Positions 50,277 to 62,100 of a stretch of 64,000 nt of DNA are shown one piece after another. The position numbers and the translations under genes are program-made. The DNA is from an uncultured Armatimonadia bacterium (lineage in GTDB: Bacteria; Armatimonadota; Zipacnadia; CAVVLO01): the NCBI GenBank assembly GCA_963749155.1, contig CAVVLO010000003.1, forward strand, positions 288,001 through 352,000, given 5' to 3'. Numbering within the stretch: position 1 is the first letter of the stretch; each line of letters starts with the position of its first letter. A model generated the notes under the pieces. The model did no database searches. It was not told where the DNA came from and was given only the letters and a program-made list of their open reading frames with translations.

Positions 50277-51614
50277 ATGGATAATCCCGCAAACCTTGGC
50301 CCTGATCCCGCGGCAGCAAGAGCCCAGGCTGGTCATCTGATGCTCGGAGGCGGCACGCCAGGCCCAATGCTCGTGCGAGGCAAGGGCGTGCGCGTATGGG
50401 ACGAATCAGGCAAGGACTATCTGGACTGCACCTCTCAAAGCTGGGCGCTTTACCTGGGCCATTGCCATCCAGAAATCAACGCCTGCATAGGCGAGCAACT
50501 GGAACGACTCGGCCACGTGCACCAGGGCTTTGATACGCCTCTGCGTTATCTGTTCGCCGCGAAACTGGCGGAGCTCGCGCCCGAGGGGATGAATCGGGTT
50601 TCTTTTACGGTGGGCGGCGGGCCGGCCATCGAAGCCGCGATGAAGCTGGCAGTGCGCAACAATCCTGCGGCCAGCCAGTTCGTCTGCCTCTACGACGCCT
50701 ATCACGGCACGACACTTGGCACAATGGGCGCAAGCTGGATATCTACCGCCGCGCGCGGCCATTACGGCGGAGGGGCCTTCTACACCCAACTCACCAGGCA
50801 GTTCATCCGCGTTCCAAACGCATATTGTTATCGTTGCCCGCTGGGCTGCAAGCGCGAAAGCTGCAATCTCGCCTGTGCCGAAGTCCTGCGCGAGACCCTT
50901 CAGCGGGGCATAAATGGGCCATGCGCGGGGGTCATCGTCGAGCCGCTGCAGGCAAGCGGCGGGCAGATACCGATGCCTAAGGACTACCTTGTCCGGATCC
51001 GCGAGCTCTGCGATGAGTTCAGTGTGCCGCTGATTTTCGATGAGATCCAGACTTATATGCGTATCGGAGAGGTTTATGCGGCAGGCTATTACGGCGTGAA
51101 ACCCGACATCATCTGCCTGGGCAAGGGGCTTGGGGCAGGGATGCCTATCGCCGCAGTCCTAGTCGGCGACCACCTCGAAGGGTTTGGTCCCGAAGCTGAA
51201 GAACTGCACACCTTCGCCAACAATCAGGTCTCCCAGGCGGCTGGTTACAAGCTGATTGAGATCGTAATGAGAGACCAGTTGCTTGAGAACACGCGCGCTC
51301 AGGGCGCGTGGTTCAAAGAGCAGCTCCAGGGGCTGCAGGCAGAATTTCCCGAGATCGGCGATATCCGGCAGGTGGGCTTGCATGTGGGTATCGAATTTGT
51401 CGCTGACCCCGAAAGCAGGCGCCCGCTCGAGGACGAGACAGTCGCTATCCGCAAAGAGGGGATGGCCAGAGGAGTGCTTTTCGGCCTGGGCGGGGTCAGG
51501 CGCAACGTGCTCAAAATCAAGCCGCCGCTGATAATAAACCGGGGCGAAGCTGAAGAAGTGATGGAGAAATTCGTCGGGGCGATGACCGCGGTCTTGCGCG
51601 GTCAGGGGGCGTAG
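50277..51614 (+). CDS. Class III PLP-dependent aminotransferase
   Basis: GKGVRVWDESGKDYLD, AYHGTT, IVEPLQ, LIFDEIQT, PDIICLGKGLGAG, LKIKPPL. Confidence 0.93.
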   Translation: MDNPANLGPDPAAARAQAGHLMLGGGTPGPMLVRGKGVRVWDESGKDYLDCTSQSWALYLGHCHPEINACIGEQLERLGHVHQGFDTPLRYLFAAKLAELAPEGMNRVSFTVGGGPAIEAAMKLAVRNNPAASQFVCLYDAYHGTTLGTMGASWISTAARGHYGGGAFYTQLTRQFIRVPNAYCYRCPLGCKRESCNLACAEVLRETLQRGINGPCAGVIVEPLQASGGQIPMPKDYLVRIRELCDEFSVPLIFDEIQTYMRIGEVYAAGYYGVKPDIICLGKGLGAGMPIAAVLVGDHLEGFGPEAEELHTFANNQVSQAAGYKLIEIVMRDQLLENTRAQGAWFKEQLQGLQAEFPEIGDIRQVGLHVGIEFVADPESRRPLEDETVAIRKEGMARGVLFGLGGVRRNVLKIKPPLIINRGEAEEVMEKFVGAMTAVLRGQGA

Positions 51615-51617
51615 GCA

Positions 51618-52394
51618 ATGTGGAGTATTGACTTCCAGGGTCAGGTCGCGCTGGTTACGGGCGGGGCGCGCGGGATTGGCGCGGCATGCTGTCGAGCGCT
51701 TGCCGAGGCCGGCGCCAGGGTCGCGGTGGGCTATTCGGGCAGCCAGCGCGGCAAACAAGCGGGAGAAGCTTTGGTAGCGCAACTCGAAGGCCAGGGCGCC
51801 AAGGCGCTGCTTGTGGCAGGCGATGTCAGCAAGGAAGATAAAGTCGAACAGGTCTTCCAGCAAGTGGAAGCAGCCCTCGGCCCAGTCAGCCTGCTGGTTC
51901 ACAGCGCTGGCACCACCTCTCGCCGGACGCTTGCGGAACTCGATGCAAAAGAGTTCCGGCGCATCCTCGATGTGAATCTGACGGGCGCCTTTCTTGTGGC
52001 AAAACGCGCCGCAGCGGGGATGCAGCGACTCGGCGCAGGCAGTATGGTGCTTATCGGCTCGCAGGTCTCCCTGACCGGCGGAGGGGGCGGCGCGCATTAT
52101 GCGGCTTCCAAAGCTGGCCTTGAAGGCCTGGTGCGCCATCTCACGCGCGAGCTGCTGCCGACCATCCACGTGAATGCGGTCTTGCCCTCGGCTACGGACA
52201 CCGAACTCTTCCGGGAGCGTTATCCCGACGAGGCCGAACGATTGAAAGTCGCCTCCCAGATACCCGCCAGGCGTCTCGGCAAGCCAGAGGATATCGCCGA
52301 TGCGGTGGTTTTCCTGCTTTCACAGCGCGCGTCGTATATCTGTGGCCAGAGCCTGCTGGTCGACGGCGGACGGACATTTTCGGTAAGTGTTTGA
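51618..52394 (+). CDS. Short-chain dehydrogenase/reductase (FabG-like)
   Basis: TGGARGIG, YAASK, SYICGQSLLVDGG. Confidence 0.93.
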   Translation: MWSIDFQGQVALVTGGARGIGAACCRALAEAGARVAVGYSGSQRGKQAGEALVAQLEGQGAKALLVAGDVSKEDKVEQVFQQVEAALGPVSLLVHSAGTTSRRTLAELDAKEFRRILDVNLTGAFLVAKRAAAGMQRLGAGSMVLIGSQVSLTGGGGGAHYAASKAGLEGLVRHLTRELLPTIHVNAVLPSATDTELFRERYPDEAERLKVASQIPARRLGKPEDIADAVVFLLSQRASYICGQSLLVDGGRTFSVSV

Positions 52395-52563
52395 TTGCCT
52401 GCCGCGGAAGCTGCTGGTCTAGAGCGATGGCTGGTCGACGGCGGACGACGATGTTTCGGTAAGTGTTTGATTGCCTGCCGCGAAGCTTGCTGTGTCTATA
52501 AGCGATGGCTGGTCGACGGAGGACGGACATGTTTCGGTAAGTGTTTGATTGCTTGCCGCGGAA
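52355..52563 (+). repeat. Triplication of the SDR 3' end (75-78 bp period)
   Basis: GCTGGTCGACGG..TTTCGGTAAGTGTTTGATTGC(C/T)TGCCGCG starting at 52355, 52430 and 52508. Confidence 0.88.
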
Positions 52564-52628
52564 AAACGCCCAGGCGATAGGCTTGCCAGTTCTGGGGGAG
52601 TCCGCTTGTCAGGAGAGAATAATCCTCA

Positions 52629-54086
52629 ATGAGCCTGATTGGGCTGGATTTGGGCACCTCTCGGTGCAAGGGCACGCTGTATTCGGAGGACGGCCAGGAG
52701 CTGGCCTTCGCAAGTCGCGAGGGCTTGCGCACGACTGGCCCGGCTGGCCGTTCGGAGCTTGACGCGCGAGAAGTGGTAGCGCTGGTCAATTCGATTGTCG
52801 AGGAACTCTCGGCAATTGAGCCCCCTTCGGCCATCGCCGCCAGCACTTTTGGAGGCGCGGCTTGCCTGCTGGATGAACAAGGCGCGCCCCTGACCCCGCT
52901 GATAAGCACCACTGACCCCCGCGCCGAGGCACTGATTGAGCGATGGCAGCAGGAACTCGGCCCTGGGAGGCTGCGCGAGCTGACTGGGCTGCATCCGCAC
53001 TGCAGCTATGCACTGGGCAAGTGGGCCTGGCTACGAGAGAATCTGCCCGAGGCGGCTGGAGCCACTCGCTATGTCGCCACGTCGGCAGAGCTCGTGCTGG
53101 CAGGGCTTGGGGCAAGTCCGGCCTGCGACCTGGCTACGGCTTCGACCACAATGGCGCTGGACATCGCCTCCGGCGCATGGTCGGAGGAGCTGCTGCAGCT
53201 TGCGAAGCTCCCCCCCGAGTGGTTGCCGCCGCTTGTTGAAAGTGGCGCCCTCGTTGGGCAGACTCCAACTGGTTGCCTGCTGGTGGCGGGCGGGCATGAC
53301 CAGCAGGTCTGCGCGCTTGGCGCCGGCGTCTCGGGCGGAGGCCAGGCGGCCCTCTCGCTGGGCACAGTCGAATGCGCAACGGCGGTATTCGAGCAATCCA
53401 GCGCGCTCGCAGGGCTTGCCCTGGCGAAATATCCCCTGCTGTTTCATGCCTGGGACAGGCTGCGCGCGGTGCTGGGCTATCATTATTGTGGCTCTGACCT
53501 TTGGGCCTGGGCCGAGCATTGTTTGCGTCTTGACGCACTGGAAGAGGCAATGCCGCTGGCCTGCAAGCGGGCGCTCGAGCTGCCCGAGAGCGCGCTAGCC
53601 CTTCCCCATTTCGCAGGCAGCGGGCTTCCCGATATGGAACCCGCAGCAAGAGGGCTGCTGGCCGGGCTTTCCCTTACGGATGAGCCGATTGATTTGCTTG
53701 CGGCGCTAGTGCGCGGGCAGACGCTGGAAATCGGCAGGTGTCTTGCCGACTGGGCGATGGCTGGCCTTCAGGTTAACGAACTGGTCGCCTTTGGCGGAGG
53801 GGCGCGCTGGCCCGAGTTGCTGCAACTCAAAGCCGACCTGCTCGGGATTCCGGTGCGGAAGGCAAACCGGCCAGAGCCAGGCTGCTTCGGGGCCTTTCTG
53901 CTTGCACTGAAAGCGCTTCGCGGCGCCAAGGCCGCAGAGGCCTTGCTGGAGGCGGAAAACCAGCCTGCAGCAGTTGCCTGTTACTATCCGAGGGCCGAGT
54001 ACGCAGCCCTGGCCTCAGCCCTCAAACGGCGTTATACCGCTTTAGCCAGAGCGAGCCAGCAATTTCTTAAGGAGTCCTCTTCATGA
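52629..54086 (+). CDS. FGGY-family carbohydrate kinase
   Basis: IGLDLGTSRCK, TDPRA, GGHDQ, SLGT, PHFAG, GGGAR. Confidence 0.9.
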   Translation: MSLIGLDLGTSRCKGTLYSEDGQELAFASREGLRTTGPAGRSELDAREVVALVNSIVEELSAIEPPSAIAASTFGGAACLLDEQGAPLTPLISTTDPRAEALIERWQQELGPGRLRELTGLHPHCSYALGKWAWLRENLPEAAGATRYVATSAELVLAGLGASPACDLATASTTMALDIASGAWSEELLQLAKLPPEWLPPLVESGALVGQTPTGCLLVAGGHDQQVCALGAGVSGGGQAALSLGTVECATAVFEQSSALAGLALAKYPLLFHAWDRLRAVLGYHYCGSDLWAWAEHCLRLDALEEAMPLACKRALELPESALALPHFAGSGLPDMEPAARGLLAGLSLTDEPIDLLAALVRGQTLEIGRCLADWAMAGLQVNELVAFGGGARWPELLQLKADLLGIPVRKANRPEPGCFGAFLLALKALRGAKAAEALLEAENQPAAVACYYPRAEYAALASALKRRYTALARASQQFLKESSS

Positions 54087-55655
54087 CGCCGGAAATCGCC
54101 TTGAAGACCAGTCTTGAAGCGGCCATAAAGTCCCTTGCGGCCTTCGATGTGAATTGCTGGGCCGAGAGCCCTGACTCAGCCGTTGACCAGGCCTTGCAGG
54201 TCGCATGGCGGTGGGGCTTCGGGGGAATGGTAATGACGACCCCTGCGGCCCTCTCAACCGCGCTTGCCTCCAATACAAGCCTGTTCAGACAAGTGAAGAA
54301 AGCCGAAGTCGAGGGGCTGCAGGTGGCGATGATAATCAAGCCGCAGCTGCCAGAGCCCCTTACCAGGTCGAAGACACGCGGCACTCGGCTGGTGCGACTA
54401 TTTCCCAAAATCCACGATTATGCCCTGGATTCGCCGGCGGCGCGAGGGGTGCTTGCTGCTTGCCTGCAAGAAGACCTTCCGGTGATGATCTCTCACACCC
54501 AGACGACCTGGGAGGCTTTTGAGGCGCTGCTGCAAGCCTGGCCAAAGCTCACGATTATACTTGAGGGGAGCGACCAGAAGCTTTTCTATCACGCGTCAAC
54601 GGTAGAGACACTGCTGGAGCGATATCCCAACCTGCTACTCGAGACTCACAACGTGGTCGGCTTCGGCTGGCTTGAGCGGCTGGCAGGCAGGTTTGGCGGC
54701 GAGAGGCTGCTATATGGCTCCAACTGGCCTCAACGCAATCCGGCCGCCTCGCTTGGGATGATTGCGCTTGCCGATATCCCGGACGAGGCCAGACTCGCCC
54801 TTGCCGGCGGCAACTGGCGCGCTATCAGTGAGTATGGCGCAGGCCCGGCCAGGGCGCTGCCAGTAGACCTTCCGACTGGCGCCGGCTGGGTAGACGCGCA
54901 TATCCATATCGGCGAACTTGCTGGCGCAGGACTTCCAGCTAGGCAGCGCGGCAGAGATTCTGTCCAGGCTCGAGAGGCTTGGATTCGAACGCTTCATCAT
55001 CACCCATCACGCTGATTTGCTTGAAAGCCCTCTGGCTGGGAAGGACGACCTGGAGGCGGCCTTCGAGGCAACCGAAGGGCGGGCACGGGCTTTCTGTGTC
55101 TTCGATCCCAGGCGCCCAGAGGCCGCCAAGGAGTGCGAGCAGTTGCTCCAAGGCCCCGTCTACGCGGGCATCAAACTGCATCCCACGATGCACGCGACAC
55201 CCGCTGACAGTCCAGCGTATGGGCCGGCTTTCGCGCTGGCAGCAGCGGCCGGCGTGCCAGTGATGAGCCACACCTGGTATCGCTCGCCCTACAATCCGCC
55301 GCAAGAGCTATCCCTCCCGAGTCGTTTCCGAACCCATCTGGAGCGTTATCCGGAGGCAATCTTCGTGATGGGTCACGCGGGCGCTGGCAAAGATGGCCTG
55401 ACCGAGGCGCTCGAGCTGCTGCTCGATTTCCCAAACGTCTATGCCGACCTGGCAGGAGATGTCTATGAGCCTGGCTTCATCGAAGCGTTGGTTAGGGCTG
55501 GCGGGCCAGAGCGAGTGCTCTATGCAAGCGATGCGCCGTGGCTTGACCCAGCGCCGCAGCTTGCCTGCGTGCTGACCGCCGATGTACCCGAAGCCGCGCT
55601 GCCACTTATTCTTCGCGACAATGCGGTCAGGCTGTTCAAACTGGAGGAGACCTGA
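54083..55655 (+). CDS. Tandem amidohydrolase_2-type metallo-hydrolase (frame break near 54920)
   Basis: First degenerate barrel ending LLYGSNWP; second with DAHIH, GIKLHP, MSHT, MGHAG, VLYASDAP. Confidence 0.78.
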
Positions 55656-56630
55656 TGCCCGAAGATCTTAGGATTGACGCCGCTCTGACGGCCTTTAGCA
55701 CCTGCGCTGACCGCTTCGTGCGCGAGGGATACCGCCCCGCTGAGTCGCTGGAAGTGATGGTCGAGCGCGCCGGCAAGATACGCGGTCTCAAGGCCCTTGC
55801 GATGGATTATCCCACTACTTTCTCGGACCCGGATGTTGCGCTCGCAACCCTCGGTAGCGCGGGCCTCGGCGTCGGGATGGTAGAGGTGGACCTTTACAGC
55901 AGTCCCCAGTGGAAACTTGGCTCCTTCACCGCGCCGTATGAAGCGACGCGGAAGGAGGCTTTGCGACTGGCGAAGGAAGCGATGGACTTCTGCGCGGCCA
56001 CAAACGGCGCCGATGTGCAGCTTTGGCTGGGGCAGGACGGCTACGATTATGGTTTCCAGGTGGACTATGCCGCAAGCTGGGAGCGACTGCTAGAGGCCAT
56101 CCGCGAGGTGGCCGAATACCGCCCCGAGGTGAAGGTGACGGTCGAATATAAAATCAAAGAGCCGCGCAACAAGTGCCACATCTCGACTGTCGGGCGGGTC
56201 TGGGCAATCATCGAGACCCTCGGGCTGCCCAATGTCGGCGCCACGCTCGATGTGGGGCACTCGTTGATGGCGCAGGAGAATCCCGCCGAGGCCGCGGCCA
56301 TCCTCGGGCGGCTGGGCAGGCTGTATCATCTCCATCTCAATGACTGTTACCGGGACTGGGATCACGATATGGCGCCCGGTTCGGTCAATTTCTGGGAAAC
56401 TATTGAGCTGTTTTACTGGTTGGAGGAGCTAGGTTTCGAGGGCTGGTGGGGTATTGATATCTATCCCTACCGCGAGGATGGCGCTACGGCGCTGCAACTG
56501 GCGGTGGATTCGGTCTACTGGTTCCGCGAACTGGCATGGCGAGTGCGCGAGGCGGGGATAGGCGAATACCTGGTAGCCCACGATGCCCTCGGCGCGCAGC
56601 AACTGTTGAGGCGAGGTCATCTGCAAGTAG
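55655..56630 (+). CDS. Xylose isomerase-like TIM-barrel sugar isomerase
   Basis: LWLGQDGYDY, EYKIKEPR, TLDVGHS, HLHLND, IDIYPYRED. Likely true stop is TAG at 56628 after a frame slip; the ORF track runs to 56680. Confidence 0.85.
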
Positions 56631-56646
56631 TTCGCTTGGGGAGGGA

Positions 56647-58862
56647 GTGGTCGGTTTGGCAAGAGAAGCGCTGCTGGTGATGTTGCTCGTGGGGATTGCC
56701 GGGATGACCTTTGCCGCCTCGCTTGGGGCGCGCGCGGCCCTGGTGGAAGGGGTCGGCGAGATTGCCGCTCCCGGCTGGCCTGGGCAGCTTTGCGTTTTCG
56801 GACCGCAGGCCGAGGCGGTTGTGGTCGGTAAGACGGGCGATGCGCAAGCGCCAGTCGTCGCTGCGGCCCAGCTTGGTGCTGGCCGCCTGGTGCTGTTCGG
56901 CCATGATGGTTATTTTGGCCGCGAGGCGCTCGAGACCGGCGACACGGGCAGACTGCTGCTGAACGCCCTCCACTGGGCGTCGGACAAGACTGCGCCCAAG
57001 GCGCTCGTGGTCGAGTGGCCCGAGGTAGTGGACTGGCTGCGCGAGCAGGGGCTTGAAGCCATCGATGCAACTTTTGCAAGCTACCCGGCGCTGCTCTCGC
57101 AGGCTGATATCGTCCTCACGCATCACAATTGGCTTGCCGGCGAGGCGGGCAGGCAGGTCAGCGCCTTCGTGAAAGCCGGCGGCGGGCTTATCTCGGGCGA
57201 CACGCCCTGGGGCTGGCTGCAGCTCAACCCTGGCAAAAACCTGCTGACCGACCATCCTGGCAATGCCGTGGTAGCCGAAGCGGGCGTGGTATGGGCCGAT
57301 GGCGGACTCGACCGCACCTCGGAGGTCGGCTTTAACGCAAACCTTGAGCCCTCCCTCTACGTAAAGGCCTCAACCGCCCTGGATGCGCTGCTTGGGGACA
57401 CCGTACTTTCCGAGGAAGAGCAGAAGCAGGTAGGCGCCACGCTCACAACGGCGGCGCGCGGCTTGCCGGAGAGCGACACACTATTGAGGCCAAGGCTCAA
57501 GGCGCTGGAGGCAGAGGCGGATTCCATCCCCTCGCCTGACCATCCGCTGACTCTCGATAATCCAAAAGGGCGACTGGCGCTGACCTTGAAACTCGAAGAG
57601 CTTAACCGGCTGCCTCTTGACCAACGACCCGCTCACCCCTCGGCGCAGTTCTTCCCAGGGGCTGTGCCTAACGATACGCCCCGCGTCGAGAGGACCATCC
57701 TGGTGGATACGAGGGCGCCAGGCTGGCACAGCACGGGGCTGTACGCGGCGCCCGGCGAGGCGATCACTCTCTTCGTGCCGGAAGCGGCGGCCGGCAAGGG
57801 ACTGGGCGTCAGGATTGGCGCTCACACCGACGCCCTCTGGCATCTGCCCGACTGGCAACGCGCGCCCGAGATAAGCACCTGGGCGCCGCTCGATGAGCCA
57901 GTTACGCGCCTGAGTTCCGCCTTTGGCGGGCTGATTTATGTTGATGTGCCAGATGGCTGCGATTTGCGGACTGTAGGCGTCACTATCGAAGGTGGCCTCG
58001 AAGCGCCTTTCTTCCAGCTTGGGAAGACGACCAACACCGAGTGGACGACGGGTATACGCGACCTGCCCGCCCCCTGGGCAGAGCTTGCTTGCGAGGGGGT
58101 CATCCTGACGCTGCCCTCAGAGTTCGTGCGCGAGCTGGACAATCCCACCGCGTTGATGACTTTCTGGCAGTCGGCCCTCGATGCCTGCGCCGATTTGGCG
58201 ACCATCGCGCGCGTCCGAGCCCGCCCGGAGCGCTACACGACCGATGTGCAGATAAGCGCGGGGTATATGCACAGCGGTTATCCGATAATGACTTTCCTCG
58301 ACATCGCGCCTGTGATGACGGATTTGCCCAGGCTTAAGGCCAACCAGCACGGAGGCATCTGGGGTCTTGTGGCATGAGATGGGCCACAACCATCAGTCAG
58401 GCGACTGGACCTTCGAGGGCACTGGCGAGGTGACAGTAAACCTCTTCACGATGTACGTGCTGGAGCAGGTTTCGGGCATCACGACAGAGGGTCATCCCGC
58501 GCTCAACCTGGCCGAGAGGGCGGGGCGCGACAAGGCTCATCTGGACGCGGGCGCGCCCTTCGACAAGTGGAAGTCCAACCCCTTCCTCGCGCTGGATATG
58601 TATATCCAGCTCAAGGACGCCTTCGGGTGGGACGCTTACAAGCAGGTGTTCGCGGAGTATCGCGGGCTCTGCGCCTGAAGAACGGCCTCAGACGGACACC
58701 GAGAAGCGCGATCAGTGGCTGGTGCGGTTCTCGAAGGCGGTCGCGCGCAACCTGGGCCCCTTCTTCGAGCTTTGGGGAGTGCCCACCTCGGAGGAGGCCC
58801 GCGCCTCCATCGCCGACTTGCCGGGCTGGCTGCCGGAGGAGCTGGCGGAGTACAGAAACTAG
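56647..58862 (+). CDS. M60-like (enhancin/TCAF-like) zinc metallopeptidase (frame breaks near 58368 and 58670)
   Basis: Signal peptide, STGLYAAPGE, APWAEL, ISAGYMHSGYP, HEMGH..GEVTVN, RNLGPFFELWG. Confidence 0.88.
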
Positions 58863-59122
58863 CGAAGGTTTGGGAGCGAAGCTCCCGAAACACGCGAAAA
58901 ATCATGGTCAGCGTGTTCGGAAAAAATATGGCGTATCGGGAGCTTGCTCCCGATACCTGCTTTGAAAAACTGAAAAGCAGGCGGGCTATGCCCGCCAATT
59001 GGAGAACAAAGGCGAAAGGCAACTTCAAGGGCGGGCTGACGCCCGCCTTTTTATGGGAAAAGCTTAAGGCTGAAGTGCCAAGGCATAAAGGCGTGGGGGC
59101 ATCGCCCCCACACCCCCACTAG
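58859..59122 (+). mobile_element. Composite palindromic element bounded by CTAG on both sides
   Basis: CTAG at 58859 and 59119, each containing the stop of a convergent gene. Inside are REP-like palindromes, two GGCGGGC..GCCCGCC hairpins and the terminal hairpin. Confidence 0.65.
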
Positions 59123-62100
59123 TGGTTCAGCCGTTGTTGCAAGTCTTCGATGGCGTCCGCAATAGCCCGCTTCAGGCGCATCACGGTATCAGGATCCGGC
59201 AAGATGGACGTCGAGACGCGCCCGCCCGCGTTCGGGATTGGCACGAGCGCTCTCGCTTCTTCGATAAGACGCTTGCCCTCTGCTGCGTCCTTCCCCGCCG
59301 CGTCTGCCTTTTCAACAAGCGAGGCCAGCAGTTGCAGGTACAGCCAGTCCTCTACCCCCTCGCGCGCCGCCTCGAGCCTTATACTGCTGCATGGAGCCTC
59401 AAAGCCCTGCGTCCAGCCTGGGTATATCAGGAAGCCATCACCGTTGGGATAGCGCACCCAGCTCCGCTCCCCCGGCTCGCCGCTCTGATCAATGAAACTG
59501 TGCCACCCAAATTGCCACGGGTCGTAGGTCAGCCAGTCTGCGCCCCAGAACTCATAAGCCTCTACCCCGTACCGGAAGCAATACCAGGGCAGCAACCGCT
59601 CGCAAGCCAGATAAGGCGTGTCGGTGCACATCTGGCCGTCCGTGGTGAAGCGCAATCGGTCGCCTTCAGCCTTTCTCTTCGCCATCTCATCGGTCGAGAA
59701 GACGCCATATTGGCCTACTCCCCAGACATCGAGATAACCGTCCCAGGCCGCTTGATGGCCCCAGGTGCTGCAGTAGATGGGGATCGAGGCGTCCACCTCG
59801 TGGATCAGGTCGCACAAGGCCTTCATCTGGTCCTGGATGGAGACGCGGTCCATCCAGGGCTCATCGCTGATATACAGGACGAAACGATCGGCCCAGCCCT
59901 TCTCCTTTAGATGGTCCCAGAACGCCGCAAGAGCTTCCTGATAGACCCGCACGAAGCCTGGCGCGAGTTTGGAGCGGTCAGCTTCGGTAAAGGGATATTC
60001 TCCCTCATACGGTGGCTGGCCCCATTTGTCACCTGGCGGATGCCCCCAGCCAAACAGGTAGAACAGCCACGGGGTATAGCTGTGAGGGAAGTCGAATTCG
60101 CCAAAGTAGACCTCGCAAGCGGCGTCAAACTCGGCAAAATCGAAAACCAGCTTGCCGTCCACAAGGTCTATCCGCGGCGCGGCGACGGGTTGCTGGGGCA
60201 AGTGCGATGGTCCGCCATCACTTTGTATATTGCGCGTTCGGCCTCCTCGCGAGTGCCTCCGGCTGGGATCCAGTGGCCATCCACGCGCACATCGTAGATA
60301 GCCGGGAAGGTCGTCTCGGTGGGCAGAGAGAAGTCCGGCACGCGCACCGAATAGGGATATTCGGCCACTGTTTGGCCGCCCGAGAGCAACCTGACCGTGC
60401 CTGTGTAGTTGCCGGGCGCGGCCTCGGCAGGCGCCTTGAAGGTTAGCCATACGGCGCGCGTCTCGAAGGGTTTTAGTTCGAAGGTGGTCTCAGGCCTTAG
60501 CGGATCAGGCCACCAGCCTGCCCAACCATCGCCTGAGGGGGTGTTGGGAGGTAGCTTGCGTTCCCAGGCTTCCCCTTTCCAGGTGTAGTAATTGGTCTTC
60601 ACATCGCAAGGTACGTAGCCGACAATCTCGATAGCAGGCGCTGGCAACGCACCAGCTGGTCCTGTCGGCGCAGAAGCCTCGACTGTGACCTCTGGAAGCG
60701 CCTCAGGGCCTCTCAGGGCAAGCTGGAGCGGCTCTGCTTCGTTGCGCGCGCAGACGAGAGCTGCCGCAGCAACGGGGTCTCCACCAGGCAAAGTGTCGGG
60801 GAAGACCTTTACCACGGGATTCACAGGCCAGACGGTAAGCCCAGAGGCATCGGTCGGAGCCTCGAGCGCGCCAGGTATCGTCTCCTGCGCCTCGGCAAGC
60901 AGCACGCCGTCGTGATAGAGCGCGCCTGTTGCGAGCATCGTGAGGTGAAGCTGGATTTGTTCGCAGTCGGAGGGCGTGGTGATGAGGCCGGAGAGGAGCG
61001 TCCAGTCGTTGGTGCCCCCGATCGCAGGGCCTACGCTCCCATAACCACCCACCTCGCACAGGGTGCCGTCAGCCTGGAGATAATGCGTGTGGAGTTGCAC
61101 GGTGCCCTTTTCGATGTTCTCGGTCTTCAGCCAGGCGCTGAAGACATAACTTGACCCAGGTCGCGCAGGGACAATCTGGCGCCAGCCGGTCCAGGCGGGC
61201 GTGACGTCATCTGGAATCGCAAGCCGGGCACAGTAATCGCCGAAAAGGCCCTGACTGGCACGGCTCATCTCGGCCTGGGGCATCCGCTCGCCCTCGGTGC
61301 CTCCTTCCCATTCGGAAGGCAAGGCTTCGCCTGCTTCGAAGCTGGCATTACGCGCGAGGTTGAAGTCTGAATCCACTAGTTGCTGATAACCCGCTCGGTC
61401 AAGCACGGACGCCTCTCTTTCCCCAGGCGCAAAATACACATAGCAGGTGACACGGGAGGTCGGCGGCAGGGTCACTTCGAAGAGGAGCTTGCCCGCAAGC
61501 AAAGTGTGAGGACAGACGCCAGCCGGGCCGATAACCTTGAGCTTGCTGGCATCCAGCCTGCCGAAAGTTGCTGCGGTGAGGCGCGCGATATCAACCAGGG
61601 CAAGCGCGTGACGGTCAGCGCCGGCCTCGGGATTATAAAGCCGGACTGGCATCCTCTGCTCGAAGCCTGAAGCCTCGCTCCAATCGGAGGAGGCTTTTAC
61701 CTCATCGAAAGCGAAGCGTTCCACCTCGCCAACCGACACCGTGTATTCTGCCGCGGCGCTTGTGGTCAGGCTGGCTTCATCGAACCACGCCGTGCCAGTG
61801 CCCCACAGCACCGTCCCGAGGTCTGCCCGATTGGCATCCGCCGGCGCGTCGAATTCGGCTGTTACCCTGGTCCAGCCATAAGTGCCGCCCCCCGCCATCG
61901 CCATCGGGGAGGTGATCATATAGTCGCGGTCATTGCCCAGGTGGATATACCAACCCGCCTCGCCCTCGACGTTTTCAGCGCGCACCCAACCTTCGAACAC
62001 GTAATGCGCGCCGCCTTCGATACCGAGGCCTCCCTGGCGGGTAGAGATCCAGGTGCGCTCGGCGCTCGGGGTGACGGTGAGCTTCAAACAGTGTTCTCCC

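Noticed and set aside
52355..52563. CRISPR array or DGR template/variable repeat
   Set aside because: Linkers resemble each other, differences are not adenine-specific, and there is no reverse transcriptase in the window.
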